Made by a program: the position numbers and the translations under genes. 64,000 nt of DNA from Bacteroidota bacterium (GTDB lineage: Bacteria; Bacteroidota; Bacteroidia; AKYH767-A; OLB10): the NCBI GenBank assembly GCA_023251535.1, contig JAHEYP010000014.1, positions 11,726 through 75,725 on the forward strand, in the 5' to 3' direction. Of the stretch, positions 49,689-58,790 are shown piece after piece. The notes below the pieces were generated by a model. That model saw nothing but the letters and a program-made list of their open reading frames with translations, was not told the origin of the DNA and ran no database searches. How positions within the stretch are numbered: the stretch's first letter is position 1; each line of letters opens with the position of its first letter.

Positions 49689-49880
49689 ATGAATAATAGG
49701 GTGTCGTTGAAGCTTGGCGTTTTAGCAGTAGTTGGTTTATTACTGTTCAATTTTCCGTTGCTGAAAACGGTTAATTCTGCTGCCTTTTCTTCGAATTTAC
49801 CGATGATGCCTATTTATTTGTTTGTTTGCTGGATTCTTTTTGTCGCCCTCATTTTTTTAATCGTAAGGAGAAAGATATGA
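49689..49880 (+). CDS. Small 2-TM protein translationally coupled to the sensor kinase (CbrX/DUF485-like)
   Basis: 63-aa ORF; its TGA stop overlaps the kinase ATG (ATGA at 49877-49880). Confidence 0.45.
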   Translation: MNNRVSLKLGVLAVVGLLLFNFPLLKTVNSAAFSSNLPMMPIYLFVCWILFVALIFLIVRRKI

Positions 49881-52579
49881 ATCCGGTGATATTATCGATC
49901 GTATTTGTAGCGTACTTGCTATTACTGTTTTTCATCGCCTTTAAAGCTGAAGGATGGAAGTGGAAGGGACGAAAGATTACTTCATTACCTTTAGTTTATG
50001 CTCTTTCCGTTTCGGTGTTTTGCACGGCGTGGACTTTCTATGGAAGCTTAGGATCTGCATCAACAGGTTCACTTAATTTCTTGGCGGTTTATTTGGGTCC
50101 AACCATTATGGCGCCTTTAGGGTTTTTATTACTTAAAAAATTAGTACGTGTTTGTAAATTACAACAAATAACTTCGTTAGCAGATTTGATCTCATCTCGC
50201 TATGGGAAAAATATTTCATTGGGTTCTATTGTTACTGTTTGTTGTTTTATAGGTATCGTACCTTATCTTTCTCTTCAGTTAAAAGCTATCTCCGAAAGTT
50301 TTAGGATTTTAGGAGGGTATTCGTTCGATTATAAAGGCGTTGATACAATTGCTCTTGTAATCTCTTTCGTCTTAATTGGTTTTACTGTATTGTTTGGGTC
50401 TCGTAAAACACTGACTAGCGAACAGCATAGTGGATTATTAGCAGCAGTAGCTTTTGAATCGATTGTTAAGTTATTTGTATTCCTTCTTGCAGGATTAATT
50501 ATTTCGTATTTGGCATGGAATTCGCTTTCTGTCGGATTGAATTCAGATAGAATTGTGTCGGGATTCGCTTCTTTTTTTAAGGAAAAAGAGCATAGTACTT
50601 TTAATTTTGGTGATTGGTTCTGGGTTGCTTTAATCTCTGGATTTGCTTCTATTTTATTGCCTCGAATGTTTCAAATTAATGTGGTTGAGAATGATTCTGA
50701 ACATAATCTTACGCATTCAGTATGGGTATTTCCTTTTTACCTTTTATTGATTAATATTTTTGTTTTGCCGATTGCTTATGCAGGTTATTTGTTTCTCGGG
50801 AACAATACTATAACAGATTATACTTTATTGCTGCTTCCTTTAAAGTATAATTTGCCTTGGTTGGCTGTTTTCGTTTTTATTGGTGGGATTTCAGCTGCTA
50901 CGAGCATGGTAATTGTAGAAACGATTGCATTGAGTACAATGTTTAGTAATAGTTTAGTAATTCCTTTTTTAGCTCGTCAAGCTAATAGTAATTCGAAGAT
51001 TTCTTCTATTGGAAACAGTACTTTGTTTATCCGGAAGTTCGGCGTGTTCTTTACTATTTTGTCGGCTTATTTGTATTATGAGTTTGTGAGTCATTATACA
51101 AGTTTGATTTCAATCGGATTAATTTCTTTTGTTTCTGTTGCTCAATTTGCTCCTTCAGTTTTTGGAGGATTATATTGGAAGTCAGGAAATAAATACGGTG
51201 CATTGTCAGGTATTATAATAGGGTTCGTTGTTTGGTTTTTTACACTCATCGTTCCTTCGCTCGCACAAAATAATATTTTAAGTCGCGATATAATTGATTA
51301 TGGTTTGTTTCATCTAGCTTGGCTTAAGCCAAATTCATTGTTTGGTCTCGATGGATGGGGTTCAATTGCACATGCTTCGTTTTGGTCACTGTTGTTTAAT
51401 TTTGGTTGTTATATTGTTGTTTCTGTGTGGACAAATCAAACAGAGGAAGAAAAAGCTCAAGCCGAATTATTTGTCGATATTTTCAAGTATTCTGAAGTGT
51501 ATGAGTCTTCGGTTGTTTATAAGGGTGTAGCTTATATTCCCGATGTGAAAGCTTTACTTGCGAACTTTGTAGGTGATGTTCGTGCCAATAACTTAATTAA
51601 CGCCTTTTCTAAACGCCATAAAATTGAAAATGATATTTCTGCAAAGGCAGATCCTCGTATGGTGGCTTTCGTTGAGCGTACATTAAGTGGAATCGTGGGA
51701 TCGGCATCATCTCGTTTAATGGTTGCTACTGTCGTTAAAGAGGAAGAAGTGAGCGTCCAAGAGTTGATGGGTGTACTAAAGGAATCGCAGAGCCTTATCG
51801 CTTTGAACAATGAATTGAAACGAAAAACAATTGAGTTGAATAATACTAAAAGTGATTTGGAGGATACAAATCGTAAGTTAATTCAGCTTGACGAATTGAA
51901 GGACGATTTTTTAACTACCGTAACTCATGAATTGCGTACTCCAATTACTTCTATTCGTGCATTTTCTGAAATTTTGTATGATAATCCTGATATGGAGATC
52001 GAAGATCGTCAACATTATACTAACATTATAACTCGCGAAACGGAACGTATTACTCGATTAATTGCTCAAGTTTTGGACTTAGAGAAATATGAATCGGGAC
52101 GGCAAAAATTGCACCTTACTCGATTTGATTTATATGATGTTGTTATAAGTGTTATTGAAGGTATGCAACAGCTGGTTGCTGAAAAGCAAATCAATATCAA
52201 TGTCACAGAATTTTCTCACTTAGTGATTGCTGATGAAGATAAAATTACACAAGTACTAATCAACTTAATTAGCAATGCAGTGAAATTTGTCCCTCAAAAC
52301 ACAGGAGAGATTTCTATCGAATGTTCATTAGTTAGTGGTATGATTAATTTAGTGGTATCTGATAATGGTAAAGGAATCGATCCTCAGTTTCATGAGTTGA
52401 TTTTCGATAAATTCTATCAAGCAGAAAATCAAACTATACGTAAACCGAAAGGTAGCGGATTAGGTTTAGCAATCTGCAAAAAAATTATGCAACTGCATGG
52501 CGGTGATATTTCGTTGAGAAGTATTCTTGGTCAGGGCAGTGAATTCACAATAATATTTCCAATTAATAGGGAGGTTTAG
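49877..52579 (+). CDS. Sensor histidine kinase with N-terminal sodium:solute symporter (SLC5/SSS) domain, CbrA/CrbS-like, no receiver domain
   Basis: N-terminus YALSVSVFCTAWTFYGSLGSA...SLADLISSRYG parallels the CbrA SSS domain (about 13 TM helices); coiled coil; HisKA H-box LTTVTHELRTPITSIRAFSEIL; HATPase_c (DNGKGIDP...GSGLGLAICK). Confidence 0.8.
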   Translation: MNPVILSIVFVAYLLLLFFIAFKAEGWKWKGRKITSLPLVYALSVSVFCTAWTFYGSLGSASTGSLNFLAVYLGPTIMAPLGFLLLKKLVRVCKLQQITSLADLISSRYGKNISLGSIVTVCCFIGIVPYLSLQLKAISESFRILGGYSFDYKGVDTIALVISFVLIGFTVLFGSRKTLTSEQHSGLLAAVAFESIVKLFVFLLAGLIISYLAWNSLSVGLNSDRIVSGFASFFKEKEHSTFNFGDWFWVALISGFASILLPRMFQINVVENDSEHNLTHSVWVFPFYLLLINIFVLPIAYAGYLFLGNNTITDYTLLLLPLKYNLPWLAVFVFIGGISAATSMVIVETIALSTMFSNSLVIPFLARQANSNSKISSIGNSTLFIRKFGVFFTILSAYLYYEFVSHYTSLISIGLISFVSVAQFAPSVFGGLYWKSGNKYGALSGIIIGFVVWFFTLIVPSLAQNNILSRDIIDYGLFHLAWLKPNSLFGLDGWGSIAHASFWSLLFNFGCYIVVSVWTNQTEEEKAQAELFVDIFKYSEVYESSVVYKGVAYIPDVKALLANFVGDVRANNLINAFSKRHKIENDISAKADPRMVAFVERTLSGIVGSASSRLMVATVVKEEEVSVQELMGVLKESQSLIALNNELKRKTIELNNTKSDLEDTNRKLIQLDELKDDFLTTVTHELRTPITSIRAFSEILYDNPDMEIEDRQHYTNIITRETERITRLIAQVLDLEKYESGRQKLHLTRFDLYDVVISVIEGMQQLVAEKQININVTEFSHLVIADEDKITQVLINLISNAVKFVPQNTGEISIECSLVSGMINLVVSDNGKGIDPQFHELIFDKFYQAENQTIRKPKGSGLGLAICKKIMQLHGGDISLRSILGQGSEFTIIFPINREV

Positions 52580-52581
52580 TT

Positions 52582-52944
52582 ATGTATAAAATATTGATTG
52601 CCGATGATGAGCCAAACATCCTTTTATCGCTTGAATTTTTAATGCGAAAAAGTGGATATAATGTGTTTATTGCTCGAAATGGCTCGGAAGCTATGGAAAT
52701 CATAAATCGTGATAAACCTCAGTTGGTGGTATTAGATATTATGATGCCGGATATTGATGGATATCAAATTTGCACTCATATCAAATCATCAAAAGAACTG
52801 TCAGATTGCAAAGTAGTATTTCTTTCCGCCAAGGCAAAAGAAGGTGATATTAAAAAAGGATTAGAAATTGGAGCGGATGCGTATCTGACAAAACCGTTTT
52901 CTACCCGTGTATTAATGCAAAAAATAAGTGAACTGTTAAAGTAA
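52582..52944 (+). CDS. Stand-alone CheY-like response-regulator receiver domain (no output domain)
   Basis: ILIADDEPN...VVLDIMMPDIDG...AYLTKPF; 120 aa; starts 3 nt after the kinase stop. Confidence 0.85.
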   Translation: MYKILIADDEPNILLSLEFLMRKSGYNVFIARNGSEAMEIINRDKPQLVVLDIMMPDIDGYQICTHIKSSKELSDCKVVFLSAKAKEGDIKKGLEIGADAYLTKPFSTRVLMQKISELLK

Positions 52945-52957
52945 AATTCATATCACC

Positions 52958-54880
52958 ATGACACCATATCGTCAATTATATCGTCGTAGTATTGAAAACC
53001 CTGAGGCTTTTTGGGGTGAGCAAGCATCGTTAATTAAATGGTTTAAATCGCCAGAGAATATTCTTTCTCGTGATGAAAAAGGACTTTATCGATGGTATAG
53101 TGATGGTGTAATGAATACTTGTTATTTAGCGGTCGATAAACATGTGGAAGAGGGCAGAGGTGATCAAGTTGCTTTGATTTATGATTCTCCCGTTACAAAG
53201 GTTGTAGAGAAGTTTACTTATAATGATCTGCAAAAAAATGTTTCTACGCTTGCTGGTGGATTGCAAAAATTAGGAGTACAAAAGGGTGATCGTGTTGTGA
53301 TTTATATGCCTTTAGTTCCCGAAGCTTTATTTTCAATGTTGGCTTGCGCTAGAATTGGAGCCGTGCATTCAGTGGTGTTCGGCGGATTCGCTCCACATGA
53401 ATTAGCTGTTCGTATTGATGATGCGCAACCGAAAGTAATAATTTCTGCTTCTTGCGGAATAGAAATCGATCGCGTGATTGCTTATAAGCCAATGCTCGAT
53501 GATGCAATTAGTAAATCGATTTTCAAACCTCAGCATACTGTGATTTTACAACGTCCTATGATGACCGCCGATATGTGGCCCGGTCGCGATGTTGATTATA
53601 ATGAATTGGTGCAAAATTCCCCTTCTGCAGATTGTGTTCCATTAAATGCGAATGATCCTCTTTATATTCTTTATACGAGTGGAACAACAGGTAAACCGAA
53701 AGGAATATTACGCGATAATGGAGGTCATGCTGTAGCATTACGTTTTAGCATGGATCATATTTATAATGTTAAAGCCGGTGATGTGTTCTGGGCTGCAAGT
53801 GATGTGGGTTGGGTTGTAGGACATAGCTATATGGTTTATGGTCCTTTGTTGCAAGGCTGCACTACATTGCTCTATGAAGGAAAGCCTGTCCGCACTCCCG
53901 ATGCAGGAGCTTTCTGGCGAGTTGTGGAACAACATAAAGTGAATATTCTATTTACTGCTCCAACTGCATTCCGTGCTATTAAGAAAGAAGATCCCGAAGG
54001 TGAGTTGCTTCACAAGTATGATATTTCTTCATTGCATCGTTTGTATTTGGCAGGTGAACGTTGTGATGTCCCAACTTGGTATTGGGCTACTGAAATGTTG
54101 AAAGTTCCTGTTGTTGATCATTGGTGGCAAACAGAAAGCGGATGGCCTATCGTGGCTCAAATGCCTTCTATTGAGGAACATCTTTTATTGAAGCCTGGCT
54201 CTGCAGGTAAACCGATTCCGGGATATAAAATTGATGTGCTTAATGAAGAGGGTGAATTATTGATTCCTAATCAAGAGGGATTTGTTGCAATCAAATTACC
54301 TCTTCCTCCCGGATGCTTACCTGATTTGTACAACGATACTGATCGTTTCATTTCATCCTACCTTGAGAAATTCCCTGGTTACTATTTAACAGGTGATGGC
54401 GGATATAAGGATGAAGAGGATTATGTTTATATTATGGGTAGAGTTGATGATGTGATTAATGTCGCAGGACATCGATTATCTACCGGTGAAATGGAGGAGA
54501 TGGTGGCAGCTCATCCGTTCGTTGCAGAATGTGCTGTAGTTGGCATAGCCGACGAATTAAAAGGTCATCTTCCTCTTGCTTATGTTGTAGTTAGAGATGG
54601 TGTTGTGCCCAACGAATTACTTATCGAAAAGGAATTAGTAAAGTTGATTCGTGATAATATCGGAGCCGTTGCTTGTTTTAAAAATTGTGTTCTCGTTAAG
54701 CGCTTGCCAAAAACGCGATCAGGGAAAATTCTTCGACGCTTACTTCGAAATATCGCCGATGGTGAACATTATATTGTTCCAAGTACTATCGATGATCCTC
54801 TAATTTTAACAGAGGTTCATGATGCACTAAAGGCCCGCCGTATAGGGCAGGCCTTCATAGGTGTGGTGGATGATGAGTAA
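52958..54880 (+). CDS. prpE: Propionate--CoA ligase (PrpE; acyl-CoA synthetase, Acs-like)
   Basis: N-terminus and core (YRRSIENPEAFWGEQA..., LACARIGAVHSVVFGGFA, YTSGTTGKPKG, ...PKTRSGKILRR, C-terminal IDDP...) track PrpE closely. Confidence 0.7.
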   Translation: MTPYRQLYRRSIENPEAFWGEQASLIKWFKSPENILSRDEKGLYRWYSDGVMNTCYLAVDKHVEEGRGDQVALIYDSPVTKVVEKFTYNDLQKNVSTLAGGLQKLGVQKGDRVVIYMPLVPEALFSMLACARIGAVHSVVFGGFAPHELAVRIDDAQPKVIISASCGIEIDRVIAYKPMLDDAISKSIFKPQHTVILQRPMMTADMWPGRDVDYNELVQNSPSADCVPLNANDPLYILYTSGTTGKPKGILRDNGGHAVALRFSMDHIYNVKAGDVFWAASDVGWVVGHSYMVYGPLLQGCTTLLYEGKPVRTPDAGAFWRVVEQHKVNILFTAPTAFRAIKKEDPEGELLHKYDISSLHRLYLAGERCDVPTWYWATEMLKVPVVDHWWQTESGWPIVAQMPSIEEHLLLKPGSAGKPIPGYKIDVLNEEGELLIPNQEGFVAIKLPLPPGCLPDLYNDTDRFISSYLEKFPGYYLTGDGGYKDEEDYVYIMGRVDDVINVAGHRLSTGEMEEMVAAHPFVAECAVVGIADELKGHLPLAYVVVRDGVVPNELLIEKELVKLIRDNIGAVACFKNCVLVKRLPKTRSGKILRRLLRNIADGEHYIVPSTIDDPLILTEVHDALKARRIGQAFIGVVDDE

Positions 54881-54883
54881 AAA

Positions 54884-55400
54884 TTATTGAATCGCAACTC
54901 GACTTTGATATAATCCTTTGTCGGTTGTTACATTGATAATGTAAATGCCTTTAGCGAACAAACTCTTGTCGAAGCTAACTGTTGATTCTTGATTCTGTAT
55001 TTCTGTAATTAAACTTCCGTTGCTGTTGAAAATTTGTGCCGATTCAATTTTGGTTGAGTTCATGGCAACTATTTCAATGCTGTTTGCAAGATTCTTAACA
55101 ACTAGATTATTGCTGTTGCTGATTTCTTGTATTCCAACGCCATTAACAATTACCGGTGCAGATGTCGCCGGACAACCAATCGAGTCTACAATTGTAACAG
55201 TGTATGTTCCGTTTTGTGTTGCAGTATATGATTGATTTGTTCCTGTTACTATCGGCTGACCATTATAGTTCCATTGGTAAGTTGTTGCTGAAGTTGACGT
55301 TAATACGGCACCGTTAGTAGTAATAATAGGAGTTAATGATCCTTGATAGAAAGGAACGTTAGTTGATAGTGATCCTGATGTTAATGTTCCCGCATTTCCA
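54884..55400. repeat. Near-identical (>95%) direct repeat, copy 1 (3' half of the LamG/T9SS gene)
   Basis: Aligns at offset +1220 to 56104-56620 with only scattered SNPs. Confidence 0.8.
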
Positions 55401-56098
55401 CTTGTTGTTTGATCAGGAATATTAGTTCCGCTTGCTACATTAAAGTTCCAATACCCCACTAACCCCGGTGATGTTGGTGAAATATGACGATTGTATCCTG
55501 CTAAAATTTCAGAACGTGATAAAGCTCGATCCCAAATTCTGGCTTCATCAATTTGTCCACTGAAAAATCTACTTGGTGTTCCACTTCCTTCCGACCATCT
55601 TCCTATACATAATGGAAATGCTGTTGATGGAACTATCGATCCTCTAAATGCAGTAGCCCCAACTTCAATTGTGTTTAGGTAGATTTTTAAACTGTCGCCG
55701 TCATAAACTCCCGCAACATGTTGCCAAGTGTTTAGCGAAAGTGTGTTAATAGGACTTATTATTTCTTTCCATGTTGCCACTAATCCTGAACTGTCGGTGC
55801 CTGCAATTGCAAATGATAATTGCCCCATTCCACCACATCTAATTACATAACCTTGCTTTCCTTGGCTAGAACTGTGTTTGCATATAATGGAATTTGTAAA
55901 CGACGAAGTCCCGAAAGTTGATGGTTTAATCCATGCTTCTAAGGTTACTGTACTATCAAGTGATAAATTGGTGCTATTTACAAAGGAAACATAGCCTGAA
56001 GTTCCACCCAATAAAATCGATTTTGTATTGGCAGTGCATTGTGCATTACAATTTACATAAATTGAGCATAACAATACTAAGGTTGCAAGATGTTTCAT
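54884..56098 (-). CDS. T9SS-secreted LamG (concanavalin-like) domain protein, downstream copy of a tandem paralog pair
   Basis: Signal peptide; LamG-like jelly-roll domain; Ig-like domain; T9SS C-terminal domain (...GIYIINVTTDKGLYQSRVAIQ). Confidence 0.65.
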   Translation of the reverse strand: MKHLATLVLLCSIYVNCNAQCTANTKSILLGGTSGYVSFVNSTNLSLDSTVTLEAWIKPSTFGTSSFTNSIICKHSSSQGKQGYVIRCGGMGQLSFAIAGTDSSGLVATWKEIISPINTLSLNTWQHVAGVYDGDSLKIYLNTIEVGATAFRGSIVPSTAFPLCIGRWSEGSGTPSRFFSGQIDEARIWDRALSRSEILAGYNRHISPTSPGLVGYWNFNVASGTNIPDQTTSGNAGTLTSGSLSTNVPFYQGSLTPIITTNGAVLTSTSATTYQWNYNGQPIVTGTNQSYTATQNGTYTVTIVDSIGCPATSAPVIVNGVGIQEISNSNNLVVKNLANSIEIVAMNSTKIESAQIFNSNGSLITEIQNQESTVSFDKSLFAKGIYIINVTTDKGLYQSRVAIQ

Positions 56099-56103
56099 AG
56101 TTC

Positions 56104-56620
56104 TTATTGTATCGCAACACGACTTTGATATAATCCTTTGTCGGTTGTTACATTGATAATGTAAATTCCTTTAGCGAATTGGCTTTTATTGAAGCTAACT
56201 GTTGATTCTTGATTCTGTATTTCTGCAATTAAACTTCCGTTGCTGTTGAAAATTTGTGCCGATTCAATTTTGGTTGAGTTCATGGCAACTATTTCAATGC
56301 TGTTTGAAAGATTCTTAACGACTAGATTATTGCTGTTGTTGATTTCTTGTATTCCAACGCCATTAACAATTACCGGTGCAGATGTCGCCGGACAACCAAT
56401 CGAGTCTACAATTGTAACAGTGTATGTTCCGTTTTGCGTTGCAGTATATGATTGATTTGTTCCAGTTACAATCGGCTGACCATTATAGTTCCATTGGTAA
56501 GTTGTTGCTGAAGTTGACGTTAATACGGCACCGTTAGTAGAAATAATAGGAGTTAAAGATCCTTGAAAGAATGGTACATTCGTTGAAAGTGATCCTGATG
56601 TTAATGTTCCCGCATTTCCA
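56104..56620. repeat. Near-identical direct repeat, copy 2
   Basis: See copy 1; the 5' halves (LamG domains) diverge to roughly 65-70% identity. Confidence 0.8.
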
Positions 56621-57318
56621 CTCGATGTTTGATCAGGTAAACTTGTTCCTGCTGCAATATTGAAGTTCCAATACCCTGCTAATCCAGGTGAAGTAGGAGA
56701 GATATGACGATTGTATCCTGCAGCTAGTTCAGTTTGCGATACAGCTCTGTTCCATACTCTTACTTCATCAATTTGTCCACTAAAATATCTGCTGGCACCA
56801 ACTCCAGGATCCGACAACCTGCCAATAACGGCCGGGAATGATGTTGATGGTACAATAGATCCTTTGAATGCATATGCGGTAACTTGAATTGTATTTACAA
56901 ATAATCGGGCTGTATCACCATCATATGTAGCTGCAACATGTTGCCATGTATTTAATGTTAATGCACTTGTAGGGCTAACTACATTCTGCCAACTAGTTGG
57001 TGTGCCGGTACTATCAAGACCTGCAAAATTAAAGGATAGCTGTCCGCTGGCACCACATCTTAAAACATAACCCATTTCTCCTTGCGTCCAACTGTGTTTG
57101 CAGAATATGGAATTGGTGTAGTTGTTGGCTCCAAATGCTGTTGGTTTTATCCAAGCTTCCACCGTGATAGCACTGTCAATTTGTAAATTGCTATCTGTCG
57201 TAAATGACACATAGCTACTCGTACCATTTAATACAATTGATTTGGTGTTTGCTGTACATTGGCTGTATGCTTGTGTGCCAAATCCTAAGGTTAAAATAAG
57301 CAGTAGAATTCTTTTCAT
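56104..57318 (-). CDS. T9SS-secreted LamG domain protein, upstream copy of the tandem paralog pair
   Basis: Same architecture as the 54884-56098 gene; C-terminal ~170 aa nearly identical; 5-nt intergenic spacer. Confidence 0.65.
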   Translation of the reverse strand: MKRILLLILTLGFGTQAYSQCTANTKSIVLNGTSSYVSFTTDSNLQIDSAITVEAWIKPTAFGANNYTNSIFCKHSWTQGEMGYVLRCGASGQLSFNFAGLDSTGTPTSWQNVVSPTSALTLNTWQHVAATYDGDTARLFVNTIQVTAYAFKGSIVPSTSFPAVIGRLSDPGVGASRYFSGQIDEVRVWNRAVSQTELAAGYNRHISPTSPGLAGYWNFNIAAGTSLPDQTSSGNAGTLTSGSLSTNVPFFQGSLTPIISTNGAVLTSTSATTYQWNYNGQPIVTGTNQSYTATQNGTYTVTIVDSIGCPATSAPVIVNGVGIQEINNSNNLVVKNLSNSIEIVAMNSTKIESAQIFNSNGSLIAEIQNQESTVSFNKSQFAKGIYIINVTTDKGLYQSRVAIQ

Positions 57319-57339
57319 GTTCTTTAATATGTTTGGGTG

Positions 57340-58719
57340 TTATTGTTTAATTATTTTGTGATTATAAGTTTTTCCGTCGACATCTATTTTTATAAAATAA
57401 ATTCCTGAAGGGTATTTTTCAATGTTTATTTCTGATTCTGTAGTGTCAATTTTCTTCTCTAAAATTAATATCTTTCCTTCTGGATTAATTAATTGAATAG
57501 AACTCATTTTTAAAGGTGACTTTATCTTTATGATGCCTGATGAAGGATTAGGTGAAATTTCGAATTTAATATTATCAACATCATTTATTCCGGTTCCAAT
57601 ATTTACCGAATTACCGCATGTAGAATTGTAGAATGAATTCGATACTAGTAATGTCGGGTTATATATTCCCGCGCTTGCATATCGTTTAATGGCAGCTCGT
57701 TGAAGTATCGTTTGTCCGTCGTTACATGAATAGCTATATGCATTGGCACCTATTGATTCTACTCTAAATACACAGTAATCGGTGTGATTTGGATCAGGAG
57801 TCTCAATAAATGGCATACAGTAAATCATTGTAAGATTGTTGCTCCCCCAACCTCCTGAATTGATATCATAACCATATGTGAAGGTTGAGGATCCAATAAT
57901 GTATTGCACAGTACCATTGGTAATACTTAACACAGGATTAGTTCCTGTACTTCCTCCTCCGCTTACCCATTGATTTTGCAATGGATCGAATGTTGCATAA
58001 TGCACGCTGCCTCCTGGTGTAGCATACGCAACAACTCCATCTTGATTAACAATTGTTGGATTTACACCTGTACTTCCACCATAGGTACTCCATTGTTTTG
58101 AAATATGGCTATATGCCGCATAATGCACGCTTCCTCCAGGTGTAGCATATGCCACAATGCCTTCTGCTACACTAAGTGCCGGATTTACTCCTGTTGATCC
58201 TCCATAGGTAATCCATGCATGTTGTGAATACTCATATATGCCAAATGATACACTACCGCCGGGTGTACTGTATGCCGCAATTCCTTGGTTAAGAATAAGA
58301 GTTGGATTTGTGCCCGTAGAACCTCCATAAAAACTCCAAAATTTAATTATAGGATCATATGTCCCAAAATAAATTGATCCTCCTGTTGTAGCCCAACCTA
58401 CAACTCCATCTTTATTATGTATTACTGTGCTGCTTCCTGTGCTGGTAGATCCCGTTTTCCACTGATGCTCTTCTGTATCATATGTAGCGTATTCCACATG
58501 AGATCCGTTTGTGCCAATTACACAACCGTCTTCTATGATATAGCTGGTAATACTACTCATTTGACTAGTGATTATTCCTAAAGCTGGATCGTTTACATAA
58601 AGTTGTAAAGTGGAACCTACTAATTGCGCATTGATTACTAAGCCGTATCCGAAGTTGTTGAATTGAGCTTGAAGCAACACAGGTATGAAAATAAATAAAA
58701 GGAGTAATCGTTTTTTCAT
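57340..58719 (-). CDS. T9SS-secreted protein with internal ~45-aa tandem repeats (YATPGGSVHYA-type)
   Basis: Signal peptide; at least 5 copies of the G..AY(A/S)TPGGSV.(Y/F).. unit; T9SS C-terminal domain. Confidence 0.6.
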   Translation of the reverse strand: MKKRLLLLFIFIPVLLQAQFNNFGYGLVINAQLVGSTLQLYVNDPALGIITSQMSSITSYIIEDGCVIGTNGSHVEYATYDTEEHQWKTGSTSTGSSTVIHNKDGVVGWATTGGSIYFGTYDPIIKFWSFYGGSTGTNPTLILNQGIAAYSTPGGSVSFGIYEYSQHAWITYGGSTGVNPALSVAEGIVAYATPGGSVHYAAYSHISKQWSTYGGSTGVNPTIVNQDGVVAYATPGGSVHYATFDPLQNQWVSGGGSTGTNPVLSITNGTVQYIIGSSTFTYGYDINSGGWGSNNLTMIYCMPFIETPDPNHTDYCVFRVESIGANAYSYSCNDGQTILQRAAIKRYASAGIYNPTLLVSNSFYNSTCGNSVNIGTGINDVDNIKFEISPNPSSGIIKIKSPLKMSSIQLINPEGKILILEKKIDTTESEINIEKYPSGIYFIKIDVDGKTYNHKIIKQ

Positions 58720-58790
58720 TGGTTGGTTTTGGTAAAATAAAGATAGGAATTTTTACTTTCTCTTCGATGTTTTAAAATTATCTTTGCAAA

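Noticed and set aside
55020-55235. A 71-aa plus-strand ORF that recurs identically at 56240-56455
   Set aside because: It is antisense to the near-identical 3' halves of the tandem LamG/T9SS genes. The duplication reflects the underlying repeat, not an independent conserved gene.
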